A stretch of 64,000 nt of DNA, from contig CAVOHZ010000010.1 of NCBI GenBank assembly GCA_963695855.1, positions 992,001 through 1,056,000 of the forward strand, read 5' to 3'. The position numbers were made by a program, and so were the translations under genes. The notes beneath the pieces are model-generated. The model did no database searches. It had not been told where the DNA came from and was given only the letters and a program-made list of their open reading frames with translations. Below, one piece after another: positions 1 through 11,044 of this stretch. Each line of letters opens with the position of its first letter. Position 1 is the first letter of the stretch. The stretch is from an uncultured Nitrososphaerales archaeon. GTDB taxonomy: Archaea > Thermoproteota > Nitrososphaeria > Nitrososphaerales > Nitrososphaeraceae.

Positions 1-2607
1 CATTCCATACTATTTTCATTTTCTGCCCAATTTAATGGTCTTCCAATTATGGTTGATGGCTTTGAGTGTTCTCTTGATGATATGACGTTTGCTGATTGTC
101 CAATAGACAATCAAATTTTGTTCGAGGATTTATCACTTGGTCCACACACATTTGAAGTAAGAGCATTTATCGTTGAAAATGGAAATAGATTTTATGACCC
201 AACACCAGCAACATGGACGTGGAACATTCTTCTGCCAAATACCGTTATAGATTCTGCAATTGACGGAAACGGTGATGATGTTTCAGATGGCGGATCCACT
301 TTATCAGATTCCATAGAATTTGCGTTTTCTGCAGCGTTAGATGGTGTAACAGTTGATGTTGATGGTTTTGAGTGTTCTCTTGATAATGCAGAGTTTGTTG
401 ACTGTTCTAGTCCCTTTTTGTTCGAGGGTTTGTCAGTTGGTCCACACACATTTGAAGTAGTAGCATTTATCGTTGTAGGTGAAACTAGATTACCCGATCC
501 ATCGCCAGCCACTTTTAGCTGGATTATAGATGAAGCTGGAGGCGGCGGAGGTGGAGGCGGAGGTGGAGGCGGCGGAGCTGCAGGTGGCGGCGGAGGTGGA
601 GGCGGCGGAGCTGCAGGTGGCGGCGGAGCTGCAGGTGGCGGCGGAGCTGCAGGTGGCGGCGGAGCTGCAGGTGGCGGCGGAGCTGCAGGTGGCGGCGGAG
701 CTGCAGGTGGCGGCGGAGCTGCAGGTGGCGGCGGAGCTGCAGGTGGCGGCGGAGCTGCAGGTGGCGGCGGAGGCGGCGGAGGCGGCGGAGGCGGCGGAGG
801 CGGCGGAGCCGGTGCAGGAGCTGGAGCCGGTGCAGGAGCTGGAGCCGGTGCAGGAGCTGGAGCCGGTGCAGGAGCTGGAGCCGGTGGTGGACAAGTAGGC
901 AATGAGGCAGCTGGAGCCCCTGCCATAGGTTTCACTCCATTATCTGCAAGTTCAGGAAAGGATCTCAATGTTAAGATAGTTAAAACATTCGTGCTATCTG
1001 ACGAATGTAAAAAATTGTTTGGTCAATCTGTTGCCTCACAATATATCTTTACTATAAAACAGAATGTAACCGCGGATCCTTTTGTCATATCAGATAAGTA
1101 CAAGGAAGAGGGAGCTGAAATTACCAAGGTATATAACCTGACCGCTTTCAAAGGATTCTCTGCGTATATCGATGATAATGTACTTTTGCAAAAGATAAAA
1201 AGTGACCCGAGATTAGAATTATTTGAAAACAAGTATGGACTTTCTGGCCAAAATTCCCTTTCCTCTACCACCAATGCAACCACGATAAATACAACAGATG
1301 TTAAGGGTAATCAGACAATCAAAGATCAAAAAGAAAATGACTGTAAAATAGATTATGATAAAATACATTACCTTGCACAGAATTTCACAGCAAGAGAAGA
1401 AAACTTTACAGCCGTAAAAACGAATATTACAGCCGTAAAAACGAATATTACAGCCGTAAAAACGAATATTACAAAAGTCCCAGATATAGATATTGCAATT
1501 ATTGATACTGGAATAGATCTACTGCATCCAGATCTAAATATATATAAAGCAATAAATTTTGTCAATGATAGTCTGTCTGCAAATGATGATGTAGGACATG
1601 GCACTCATATTGCCGGCATAATTGCTGCTAAAAAGAATTCGCAAGGAATTGTTGGCATAGTACCTGGGGCAAAACTATGGGCTCTAAAAGTCTGTGACTA
1701 TAGAGGTGTATGTAATATGGCTGACGTATTGGATGCGATACAATATGTGACTGACCATAAAGATGAAATAGATGTGGTCAATCTCAGTGTTGGTTTTCCA
1801 AATTCAGAATTACTAAACTCAGCAATAAATGCATCAGTTCAACAGGGAATAACATATGTAGTTGCAGCAGGTAACAAGGGACTTGATTCTATCAATTCGA
1901 GTCCTGCAAATAATCCCAATGTAATTACTGTTTCAGCAATAGGAGACAGTGATGGGAGATGTGGAGGACAAGGACCAATTCTAGAAGATAATCTCATTGA
2001 CGATACATTTGCTAATTTCAGTAATTATGGTTCTGATATTGATATAGCTGCTCCAGGTGTACAAATATTTTCTACATATACACAAGAGGGATATGCGGTA
2101 GATACAGGTACAAGCATGGCTGCTCCTCATGTTGCAGGTTTGGCGGCTAAAATAAAAATGGATAATCCTGATGCCACACCACAAGAAGTTAAGAAAATCA
2201 TCTTATCATCTTCCATTGAGCCTGGAAAGATCTGCGCGAATGATAATAAAGGATACTTTAAAGGTGATAAAGACGCATATCATGAACCATTGCTTTACCT
2301 AAGCTCATTTTTGGCGCCAAAAATAGAATTACCTCCTGCAAACGCTTCCGTACAAAATGAGAATTCACCTTTGTTGAATTCTATGAATAACACATCTGAA
2401 AAGTCAGTACAAAAAAATGTTACAAAAATAGATAATAAAAACATAAAACTGGACAGCAACTCTACAACACCAGCGATTGTAGATCCATATAAATTGATTG
2501 TAGATCCATATAAAGTGTTTGTAGATCCATCTAAACTGGACATCAACTCTACCAAACCAGCCATTGCAGATTCAATTCAAAATTCTACTACAAAAAATAG
2601 ACAATAA
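1..2607 (+). CDS. S8 (subtilisin-like) serine peptidase with repeated N-terminal beta-rich modules and Gly/Ala-rich linker; 5'-partial
   Basis: Triad motifs IIDTG, HGTHIAG, GTSMAAPHVAG and oxyanion AAGN. Frame is open back to base 1 (HSILFSFSAQFNGLPIMV), which matches the internal repeat DSIEFAFSAALDGVTVDV, so the gene starts upstream of the window. Confidence 0.92.
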   Translation, partial: HSILFSFSAQFNGLPIMVDGFECSLDDMTFADCPIDNQILFEDLSLGPHTFEVRAFIVENGNRFYDPTPATWTWNILLPNTVIDSAIDGNGDDVSDGGSTLSDSIEFAFSAALDGVTVDVDGFECSLDNAEFVDCSSPFLFEGLSVGPHTFEVVAFIVVGETRLPDPSPATFSWIIDEAGGGGGGGGGGGGGAAGGGGGGGGGAAGGGGAAGGGGAAGGGGAAGGGGAAGGGGAAGGGGAAGGGGAAGGGGAAGGGGGGGGGGGGGGGGAGAGAGAGAGAGAGAGAGAGAGAGAGGGQVGNEAAGAPAIGFTPLSASSGKDLNVKIVKTFVLSDECKKLFGQSVASQYIFTIKQNVTADPFVISDKYKEEGAEITKVYNLTAFKGFSAYIDDNVLLQKIKSDPRLELFENKYGLSGQNSLSSTTNATTINTTDVKGNQTIKDQKENDCKIDYDKIHYLAQNFTAREENFTAVKTNITAVKTNITAVKTNITKVPDIDIAIIDTGIDLLHPDLNIYKAINFVNDSLSANDDVGHGTHIAGIIAAKKNSQGIVGIVPGAKLWALKVCDYRGVCNMADVLDAIQYVTDHKDEIDVVNLSVGFPNSELLNSAINASVQQGITYVVAAGNKGLDSINSSPANNPNVITVSAIGDSDGRCGGQGPILEDNLIDDTFANFSNYGSDIDIAAPGVQIFSTYTQEGYAVDTGTSMAAPHVAGLAAKIKMDNPDATPQEVKKIILSSSIEPGKICANDNKGYFKGDKDAYHEPLLYLSSFLAPKIELPPANASVQNENSPLLNSMNNTSEKSVQKNVTKIDNKNIKLDSNSTTPAIVDPYKLIVDPYKVFVDPSKLDINSTKPAIADSIQNSTTKNRQ
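538..891 (+). repeat. GC-rich coding minisatellite (Gly/Ala linker)
   Basis: 9 x GGCGGCGGAGCTGCAGGT (601-762), 5 x GGCGGCGGA (763-807), 4 x GCCGGTGCAGGAGCTGGA (808-879). Confidence 0.95.
1408..1470 (+). repeat. 21-bp coding tandem repeat x3 (TAVKTNI)
   Basis: ACAGCCGTAAAAACGAATATT, three exact copies. Confidence 0.95.
2476..2538 (+). repeat. Imperfect 21-bp coding repeat x3 (IVDPYKL)
   Basis: ATTGTAGATCCATATAAATTG-like units. Confidence 0.85.
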
Positions 2608-2784
2608 ATATTGTTTTTTGATGCTGTAAATATACCAAAACCACCTATATGTATGAATTTATCTTTTAAACCATAAAATCGAATATGTCTTCTAAATCAC
2701 TGAAATAATAAAATCATCCAATAATTCTTATGAACAACATATAACTACCACAAAATGTCCAAAAAAAATCCTCTTCAGTATGAT

Positions 2785-4164
2785 CTAGGCAGTAGTTGCT
2801 TTCTTTTTTGACTTTAGAATTTCTTGCATTACCTGCTCCATGTAATCCTGAACATTTTCCTCTGAAAGAGAAGCAGTTTCTATGCCAGTCTTTTCTTCTA
2901 GCTCTTTTTCTTCTTTGTCTACCACTTCCTTTACATCTTTTACCGCTCTCTGAAGTTCTGCCGTCATTTGAGCAGTACCAATACTTCCAAGGAGATTGGA
3001 ATTGTTCTTTGTTTTTTCCCTAATTTTCTCTCTCAATGTTATGTTATGGGAAAGTGAAAGAGCTGATGAATAAAGTCCAAAATTGACTAGATATGTACAT
3101 ACTATTATGAATGAAACTGTTGGTAATGCATATGGGGGATAAGGGGCAATGATAAGTGTTGATTGTGTTACTGTAAAAAACATTATAAGTCCGTTGGCAG
3201 TAACAATCAAGTATTTTCTAATCGGATTATTATGTTCTAGTTTGCTAGCTACCTTCCAAAAAGAATATCCAAAAATAATACCACTAAATGCAGTACCCAA
3301 ACCTTCAAACATATAGTATAGTATTAAACTCTCATCAGTGTCAGGAACTTCAATTATATTGAAAGAATCTAATGATGTCGACAAAAATAAAATAAAGGAA
3401 CTTACTAAGCCAACTAATAGTCTTATACGTTGAATTTTTTCTGTATATTGAGACAATAGCATGTAGGATCCAACCAAAAGCAAAATCAATGATATTCCCA
3501 ATAGATACTTATAATATTCATAAAACTGGTCAAAAATATTACTTTCGATATCCGGATAAACCACTTTCATCATAGGTGTTATCCATGATGGCTTTTTTAT
3601 GATTATGGCATTTTCTCCGATGTATACGACAAAAATACTTACTGACAAAATCATAAATCCCAGTCCATAAAAAAAAATTACCGGCGAATTTCTCTTTGAA
3701 AAATACCAGAATAGAAACTTTAGAGCCAGCAAAAACAATATTGACGAACCTATTAGTGCATTAATATTCTGAGCCAGTAATAAATTTGCCAATGAATATT
3801 CAGAAAGAAACAGAATCATTAGTACAACTAAAACTAGATTTCCGATCAAAATGTAACTCGAATATCTAGCAATTTTTGATAAATTGAACAAATATTTGGA
3901 TTTTGATAAAAGCGCTTTATTGTCTTTTTCTGCAAATTTCTGTAAATATATTTGTGCAAATATTGCTACACAACAAATTAAAATAAAAGTAAAGATTCCA
4001 AATGGCGTCTTAATTTGTTCACTTATAAAATCAGGTATTCTGCCTATTTCTAGATCAATTATTAAACAAGCATTTATGATAATTATTATAAAATAATTCT
4101 TTTTGAGGTCATAAAAGGAAGCTAGTAAAAATTTGTTGAAAGGCAAAAATCTAGGATTATTCAA
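2785..4164 (-). CDS. Polytopic membrane protein (~11 TM) with cytoplasmic coiled-coil tail, family of unknown function
   Basis: Many hydrophobic segments followed by charged helical tail LLGSIGTAQM...VQDYMEQVMQEI. Confidence 0.85.
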   Translation of the reverse strand: MNNPRFLPFNKFLLASFYDLKKNYFIIIIINACLIIDLEIGRIPDFISEQIKTPFGIFTFILICCVAIFAQIYLQKFAEKDNKALLSKSKYLFNLSKIARYSSYILIGNLVLVVLMILFLSEYSLANLLLAQNINALIGSSILFLLALKFLFWYFSKRNSPVIFFYGLGFMILSVSIFVVYIGENAIIIKKPSWITPMMKVVYPDIESNIFDQFYEYYKYLLGISLILLLVGSYMLLSQYTEKIQRIRLLVGLVSSFILFLSTSLDSFNIIEVPDTDESLILYYMFEGLGTAFSGIIFGYSFWKVASKLEHNNPIRKYLIVTANGLIMFFTVTQSTLIIAPYPPYALPTVSFIIVCTYLVNFGLYSSALSLSHNITLREKIREKTKNNSNLLGSIGTAQMTAELQRAVKDVKEVVDKEEKELEEKTGIETASLSEENVQDYMEQVMQEILKSKKKATTA

Positions 4165-4312
4165 GTAGATTATCTGCTAGTATTTGAATAACTAAATTTT
4201 TATATTTAATTAATTTTGTCATGCTTTATCACGCAAGTTCAAAAAAATTAAAAATATGTGAAAATCAATGAAATGATTCTATACCAATATTGATATCAAG
4301 TATTTGTATAAT

Positions 4313-4501
4313 TTATCTATCGTGTAATATTTCTCCTTGCATTTCCAATTGATCAGTCATATTTGATACTTTATTGTCGGTCATGTTATTGTTCTCATCT
4401 GACTGGGCCATTGCTACAGATAACGGAGATGTCTGTACTATTCCAAATGAGAATGCTATTGATGCTATTAGAAATGCCAAAATGAATAATTTTTTATTCA
4501 T
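4313..4501 (-). CDS. Small secreted peptide (62 aa)
   Basis: Signal peptide MNKKLFILAFLIASIAFS..., possible AMA|Q cleavage site, short acidic mature part with NMT sequons. Confidence 0.7.
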   Translation of the reverse strand: MNKKLFILAFLIASIAFSFGIVQTSPLSVAMAQSDENNNMTDNKVSNMTDQLEMQGEILHDR

Positions 4502-5190
4502 GCTAGCATTATAGTTTGGATCTTTATATTGTTTTTGGAATTATATTATGTGTATAGAGGTTCCATTTACATAAACAATAAATTGTAATGATATCAATAT
4601 TACTCTATATTATCTTTAGCCAAATTTTAGTATGATGTTGTTATGTATGAACTGAGTAATTAAACTAGAATTATTCATTGTCCCGAAATGTTAAACCAAA
4701 TTTCAAGCGAACGAAAACTAAATAAGATTATAAAATCTCAGGTGCTGTAAAATATGAAAAATGAATCAGATTAGTAGGAAGGAATATTTGATATAAACTA
4801 TCAAAATGTCTATAGATGAATAAAAAATACGAGGTACTTATTGATTATAGGATAGGAAAAAGAATAAAGAACTTTCATGAAGACAAACGAACAGATTAAT
4901 AAAATTTCATTTCTTTCTAATGGATAAAATGCTCAATTCAAGCATCTCGAAAATAGAGACACTGTTCCAAATTCTATTTCTTTATTTTGTCCCGAATTTT
5001 CCCTACATAAATATTCAAATTCCTAAAAAACAGAAAAGTAATCGTTTTCCAAAGAGAAAATTCGTCTAGGTGACAGAAAGAAACGAATTTCAAAATGAAC
5101 TACAGAGTATAAAAGGATCTTTATTCTGTGTAATAATTGAGTAAAGAGAACTTTTTATCCCTCAATCACCCCATTTAGCTAACAAATACT

Positions 5191-5733
5191 ATGAAAGAAG
5201 AACATCGTGGGAAACCATATGTCTTGAAAATATTTCAATTAATCTTTGGTATAATGTTGGTTATAAATTCAGGTCTAATTCTAACTAATCCAATACATGC
5301 TTCTAAATCTCTTGTTTTATTACTTGTTATTACTCTGATAATTTCTGGAATGGAGAGACTTGGAATTGGAATTATTGCACACTGGATTGATAAACGTTCT
5401 AGGATAACAAATATTGGTCTTGGAATAATAGCAATAATTTTATCTATACTTGCTATCACATACCCTGGAGTTACTATATCATTGGTAATAATGCTTATGG
5501 CATTTTCCTTATTGATAGTTGGAATTTCTAGAATCATTTTAGGTTTTAATGATTCAAGCAGGAACAAATTGAGTCGATATATGATCGTCGGTACTGGAAT
5601 CATATCTGTAGTAATAGGTGGAATGATATTTGGATCTACGTTATTTGGGATTGAATTAGTTTCTATGATCTTGGGAACAGCAGTAATGATAAATGGAATT
5701 CAAAGTATAGTTTCATCAATATCATCGAGATGA
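5191..5733 (+). CDS. HdeD/DUF308-family membrane protein
   Basis: Three helical hairpins with GxxxIxxG pattern; 180 aa. Confidence 0.75.
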   Translation: MKEEHRGKPYVLKIFQLIFGIMLVINSGLILTNPIHASKSLVLLLVITLIISGMERLGIGIIAHWIDKRSRITNIGLGIIAIILSILAITYPGVTISLVIMLMAFSLLIVGISRIILGFNDSSRNKLSRYMIVGTGIISVVIGGMIFGSTLFGIELVSMILGTAVMINGIQSIVSSISSR

Positions 5734-5986
5734 AGTAAATCATAATATAACCAATTTACATTATTTCTTTATTCTCAAACCTCATTTTGTATATCTTATA
5801 GTTTAGATCAGATCCCAATTTCCTTTACATTTTTGTTATATGTTCTCTTGGTCGGTATATTTGTAGTTAATGATGTCGTCTCTATCTTTTTAATTGACAA
5901 GAAAACATAAGATATAGAAAAACTATAATCCATCACTAGTTTATTTGTACGTTTATAAATAAACATTTTATTTCTTACTGATATAG

Positions 5987-6297
5987 ATGAAATGTTCGAA
6001 TATTACTGATTTATGTATTATCTCTTCTCTTTGCGTTTCTCTTTTCTGTTCATAAGTTTCCATAACAATGGAGATGAATTATGATAATTATCAAAGGAGA
6101 ATATGTCTGAAAAATCCCTCATTTATAGTTTGTATTCTTACAAGAAAACTGTTTAATAACAAGATACATCTAAATACTCAACAAAATATGAGACAGAAAA
6201 TTTTAGTAATGTTGATATATTCGGAATAAGAAATCTATCCTACTAAAAAAATGGTTTTGAATGATTTATGAATAATTATGATCCAGAATCAGACTGA
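5987..6297 (+). pseudogene. Remnant of a secreted Nitrososphaeraceae-type protein
   Basis: Across frameshifts reads DIFGIR(K/N)-IYPTKK-NGFE*FMNNYDPESD, resembling a recurrent DxFGIxxIYPTKxxGxEW motif recalled for this lineage. Confidence 0.4.
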
Positions 6298-7344
6298 TAT
6301 AAAAAGATCAACTCATTCTACTATAATAAACTCTCTAATCTCCTTAATCTTTTTATATTCCTTCTTCTAGGAACTTTATAACTAATTTTTGGGTTGCTTT
6401 CCTAGGCATTAAGTATAATTCAATATCTTTCTACAAGCAGTATGCAGTTACTAGGGTTTACCTTAAAACTTATCTTCTGGGAGCCGTATCAATACAATTT
6501 CAAGTGTATTTTTTTTATATTCTTCGATCTATTTGTAATTGATATAAGATTGATTTATAGATACTGTGACCATTATTAGGTAGTTATTATTACTTTATAC
6601 CTATTTTAATATAATCTTAATTATATTGTAGGGAATTTTTATCATATCCATATAAAACACAGAAGAGAGGTGTGTTTCTTCTTATCTGTTGCAATAAGAT
6701 AAGATAATAATTTGATTTAATTTAATTATGCAGTTATTCAAAAAAAATTTGATTTGCGGTTAATGCTGTATTTGTTACCAATGGTTTAGATTATTTAAGC
6801 ATACCTAAGGCAAACTTTACCTTCATTTACTATATTTTCTCGTAATCACTAATAAATTTGCACAAATTATTTAATTTGCAAACCAGTAGAACAAGATTCA
6901 ACTTTGTAAGAAATGTTTTAGAGAATTTGACCAGATTGAATAATCTGATTTCAGCTACCAACATATATCGTTTTCATTAAAATTATAGATAAAATTTGGC
7001 ATATAAACAACTGTTAATGTAGAAATAATCAATACAGTTTATCAATAAACATGTTGTTATTTTTAAACAAGTACAATTTAGATAAATATTTGAAAGCATT
7101 ATTGGATTTTTATGATTATCTGCAAATGAGAACAAGAAACATTCACGAGTTTCCTTTCTATAAGTAGATAATAAATTCCGAAGATAATGAGGATAATTTA
7201 ATTTAATTCATGAATATAGTAGCCGGTTTCGTAAATCGACTGTCTATCCTGCTATATGATTCAATGGTAGTAAAAGATAATATTAGTAAAATAAAATCAC
7301 ATTCAAATTTGACAAGTGATCTGAAGGAACACAAAATATAAAAT

Positions 7345-7767
7345 CTAAGAATATAATGATACAATAGGTTTTTTTGATTTCTTGCTTGGGACAAGAGAAT
7401 ATACTTCTTTGGCAGAAAACTTCCATACCCTTGCAGGTTTAGCATCAATACCAAATTCCTTAAGTTTGGCTCCGGCTTTAGAAAATAACTGTGGGTCTGT
7501 CACCTCCTCTACTTTTCCCTTTAGTTGATATCCCCCTAGATTATCGATATCTAATATCGCGACTGCCACTATGGGACATGATATTATATTGTTGAATGTC
7601 TTATTTCCAAATGCATCGGCAAAAAGTAGATCATTACCTTCTAGTATACCTAGAACAAATCTTGGAGAAATGTTTGGTATACCTTTTGAATCAACGGTTG
7701 CTATCCAAACCAAATTTCCCTGCTTTACTATTAATCGTATTATTTCTTCGTTGACTAAATACAACAA
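7345..7767 (-). CDS. Pyridoxamine 5'-phosphate oxidase-like (FMN/F420-binding split barrel) protein
   Basis: WIATVDSKGIPNISPR, KTFNNI..P.VAV, GYQLKG motifs. Confidence 0.85.
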   Translation of the reverse strand: MLYLVNEEIIRLIVKQGNLVWIATVDSKGIPNISPRFVLGILEGNDLLFADAFGNKTFNNIISCPIVAVAILDIDNLGGYQLKGKVEEVTDPQLFSKAGAKLKEFGIDAKPARVWKFSAKEVYSLVPSKKSKKPIVSLYS

Positions 7768-7984
7768 GACACATAATGGAGAGGATATAGTTAAAAGTTA
7801 TGTAGTCATATAATTCATTCTTATCTCCAAAATTCACATTGTCATTGATTAGTTTATATTAAAATAATCATGAATACTTAGTTTGTAATTATAAAATTTT
7901 CATCTTTATAATTCAAAAATATAACCAATAGACTAGAATAAGATTTAATCAATTTGTATATGATGATTATAAAGCTCGTTCATA

Positions 7985-8435
7985 TCAAACTTCTTCCGTA
8001 TTAACGACAATATCTTTCATCCGATCAGAATAGTCGTAAGAAAACATAGATAGTGGTGTGATTTCGATTGCCATTTCATTTTCATTTCTTCTCAACAAAA
8101 AATAAGCTAACGACGATTTTTCATCTCTTAAATATTTTTTGATGAGCATGCAGAGGATTTCAACTCCTCTGACTTTGTCTAATATTGCATATCCCCATCC
8201 GCTTACCCCACGATATGAAGGTAGATCACCAGCCACTTCGAAGCCGCATTTTGGATTTCCAGATAGATATTCTATGATCTTGGCATTTCTTTGAGTAGCA
8301 CAAAAAATTCTCTCTTCTAGATATACATACCACAAGGATACTGTTATTTGGCCATCCATCAACATTAATACACGCAAGTCTTATTGGAATACACGAATCC
8401 ATTAGATATTCTCGTACATTCATATTTCTCAACAT
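7985..8435 (-). pseudogene. PNPOx-like split-barrel protein with one frameshift
   Basis: N-terminus IPIRLACINVDGWP (ORF 8226..8435) continues as ITVSLWYVY (ORF 7985..8377) if one A near 8348 is removed. Confidence 0.75.
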
Positions 8436-9157
8436 TCACCTTGAGTTTCATATCTTTAGGGTATTGTAAAAAAATATATCTCTTCATAGATTCCTTAATT
8501 ACTATTATAAATTACTAGATACAAATTATTATGATCTCGTCTTCCAATGTGATGAAGAAGTATTAGATTATAGACAATGATTAGACTATAATATTTACAT
8601 CTCGCAATTAACCTGTCTCTACATTGATAATGAATTCAAGCTAACAAACCATATATACCACAATGAAAAGTCTACAATGTAAATAATACTATTAAATCTA
8701 CATTAAGTTAAATTGGATGTCTTTCTCAGCCTAATTTTATAACATAAAATCAGTTACTTAAGCTCTACTATAGAAATTATTCCCAAATACTATCACTACC
8801 CGCAATAGATAATAGAGAATGGTGAAAGTAATTGCATGTAATTGCATGACTCATGTGTATTACATTTGAGACTAAAATGTAGGAATTTTACTTAAACAAA
8901 ATTATAAAATGTGAAAAATATCCTAATAGTTTTTGATATAATCCAAAATTTTGTCTACCAAACTCCCTTGTAAAGCATTGTACTTTATTCAGTATGTAAC
9001 ACATTCATTTACTAAAATCAGCAATCATTCTTATAAGCTAGATCATCATGATGCCGTCATGATCATTTAATCTTACTTTAGAAAGAACAGTTATTGTGAT
9101 TATATGGAATTCAATTTAGAAGAAAAGGATTAACTGAATATAATTATACCAGTGGTT

Positions 9158-10150
9158 TTATTGTAAATTCACTGCAGGAATTACCTTGTCTGATAATAAA
9201 TCTATCAATTTATATCTAGATGGGCTTGAATTAGTTAGAACTATTTCAGTAAATCCAAGATCCTTGTATTGTTTTATTTTTTTGATTGCCTCTTCTGCAT
9301 CAGATATCACAAAAAAATTCTTTTCTAAGCTGTCGTCTTGAATTACTCGACAGTTTTCCTCGATTTTTCTAGGATCATGAATATCTAACTCGAAAAATGC
9401 TTTGATAAGAACACCTCTCCAAAATCGCAGAGACTCTAGTGCTTTATTTCTATCTTCATCATAAGAAGTAATCATAAACAATATCCTACTAAATTTCTCA
9501 TAATCTTTCCCAGATTTTTTTAATCCTTTTTGTATTGCGGGAATTAAACGGGTTTTTAGAATTTCAGGATCCGCTGAAGTAGTTATAAACCCATCACCTT
9601 CTTCTCCAGCAAGTTGGGCCGATTGAGGGCCATTGCCTGCAATATATATGGGGATATCTCCTTTGGGCTTTGTATACAGATTAGAGTCCTTTACCCAATA
9701 ATATTCACCATCAAACGTTACCCAGTCTTCTTTCCATAATTTTTTGATAAGTTTTATGGCCTCCTTCAATCGTTTATGTCTCTCCTGATTTGATGGCCAC
9801 GGATTACCTGATGTGATTTCATTTAAGGCTTCTCCTTTTCCCAAACCCAAAAATACTCTATTTGGAAACATGAAACTTAGCGTTGAAAATACCTGTGCAA
9901 CAATTGCAGGGTGATATCTTAGGATAGGTGCAGTCACTCCTGTTCCTATAGCGATATTGCGAGTTTTGGCTAATGCTGCCCCAATCCATGGCCATGCAGC
10001 ACCCCCTGAAGCACTGCTGTGCCACCATGGCATATAATGGTCACTTGTCCAACATCTTTGTATACCTTTGTTATCCATATACGTTACATGATCTAGTAAA
10101 TCTGAAGGACTGTTTTGTTCATGCGCTGCTTGAACGCTGATTTTAACCAT
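9158..10150 (-). CDS. F420-dependent LLM-class oxidoreductase (G6PDH/Fgd-like)
   Basis: AHEQ, SDHYMPW, GTGVTAP, RYHPAIVAQ, GKGEALNE motifs. Confidence 0.9.
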   Translation of the reverse strand: MVKISVQAAHEQNSPSDLLDHVTYMDNKGIQRCWTSDHYMPWWHSSASGGAAWPWIGAALAKTRNIAIGTGVTAPILRYHPAIVAQVFSTLSFMFPNRVFLGLGKGEALNEITSGNPWPSNQERHKRLKEAIKLIKKLWKEDWVTFDGEYYWVKDSNLYTKPKGDIPIYIAGNGPQSAQLAGEEGDGFITTSADPEILKTRLIPAIQKGLKKSGKDYEKFSRILFMITSYDEDRNKALESLRFWRGVLIKAFFELDIHDPRKIEENCRVIQDDSLEKNFFVISDAEEAIKKIKQYKDLGFTEIVLTNSSPSRYKLIDLLSDKVIPAVNLQ

Positions 10151-10399
10151 TTGATTATACCATGTATATAATCACAACTAAATAATAATTTAAAGTCAAG
10201 GATCCCTTGCATTTTTTAATATCTTAATTATTATATTATCACTTTTGAAGAAATAAGGAAATTTTTAATAGAAAATCAATAGTAAAGGAAGAATTTAACT
10301 GTAATCTTTGTCTATTAAGTGAGAAATACGAATCTTCAGTATTATTTTATAAAATTTTTAATAGAAAAATTAAATAACTAAAAGATCTTACTATCAGAT

Positions 10400-10657
10400 A
10401 TGAAATACAGAAGTAGAACAGAAATAGTAGGAATGATTCTCGATGCAGCTAACGGAGGAACAACCAAGACAAAAATTATGTATAAAGCTTTTTTAAGTTA
10501 TGCACAATTAAAAGAATACCTTGCGGTTCTGATTGAAAATAAGCTTTTAGACTATATTGATGGAACACAGACATACAAGACAACAGAAAAGGGATTGAAT
10601 TTTCTAAAGATGCATAATGAGATTGGCGATCTATTGCGAATTCCTACAAGGTTATAG
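10400..10657 (+). CDS. Small winged-helix DNA-binding protein
   Basis: YRSRTEI..IL, TKTKIMYKAFLSYAQLKEYL, YKTTEKG. Confidence 0.88.
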   Translation: MKYRSRTEIVGMILDAANGGTTKTKIMYKAFLSYAQLKEYLAVLIENKLLDYIDGTQTYKTTEKGLNFLKMHNEIGDLLRIPTRL

Positions 10658-11044
10658 TATTTAACTACAGTTTACTCTTTTCTTCTATTAAATATTTGAA
10701 CATTATATTTTAAACACAAAAAGAAACAAATGATATTAAAGTATTATCTAAAATAAATGATATTGTAGTAAAGTATTATCTATTTTTTAATATTTCTTGA
10801 TGTGTTTTTTATTGTGACAATCATACTAATAAGCAATATATCTGAAAGAAATTTTATAATTCATTAAAAAATGTCAATTTTATCCTCAAGATAGAATTGC
10901 CTTAGAAATCCAGTTTTTTAGAACTATTTTATAATAAAATAATATTGCAGGTCATTTATAAAAATCTACAGCTTTTATTATATGCTAATTTAGTTATAAA
11001 AAAACTTGTTAATATTTACAATGAGAATTATTGTTATCATTGTA

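Noticed and set aside
192-968. Pro-rich antisense ORF and alternative-frame ORFs (490..894, 530..898)
   Set aside because: Shadows of the stop-free Gly/Ala minisatellite inside the S8 gene.
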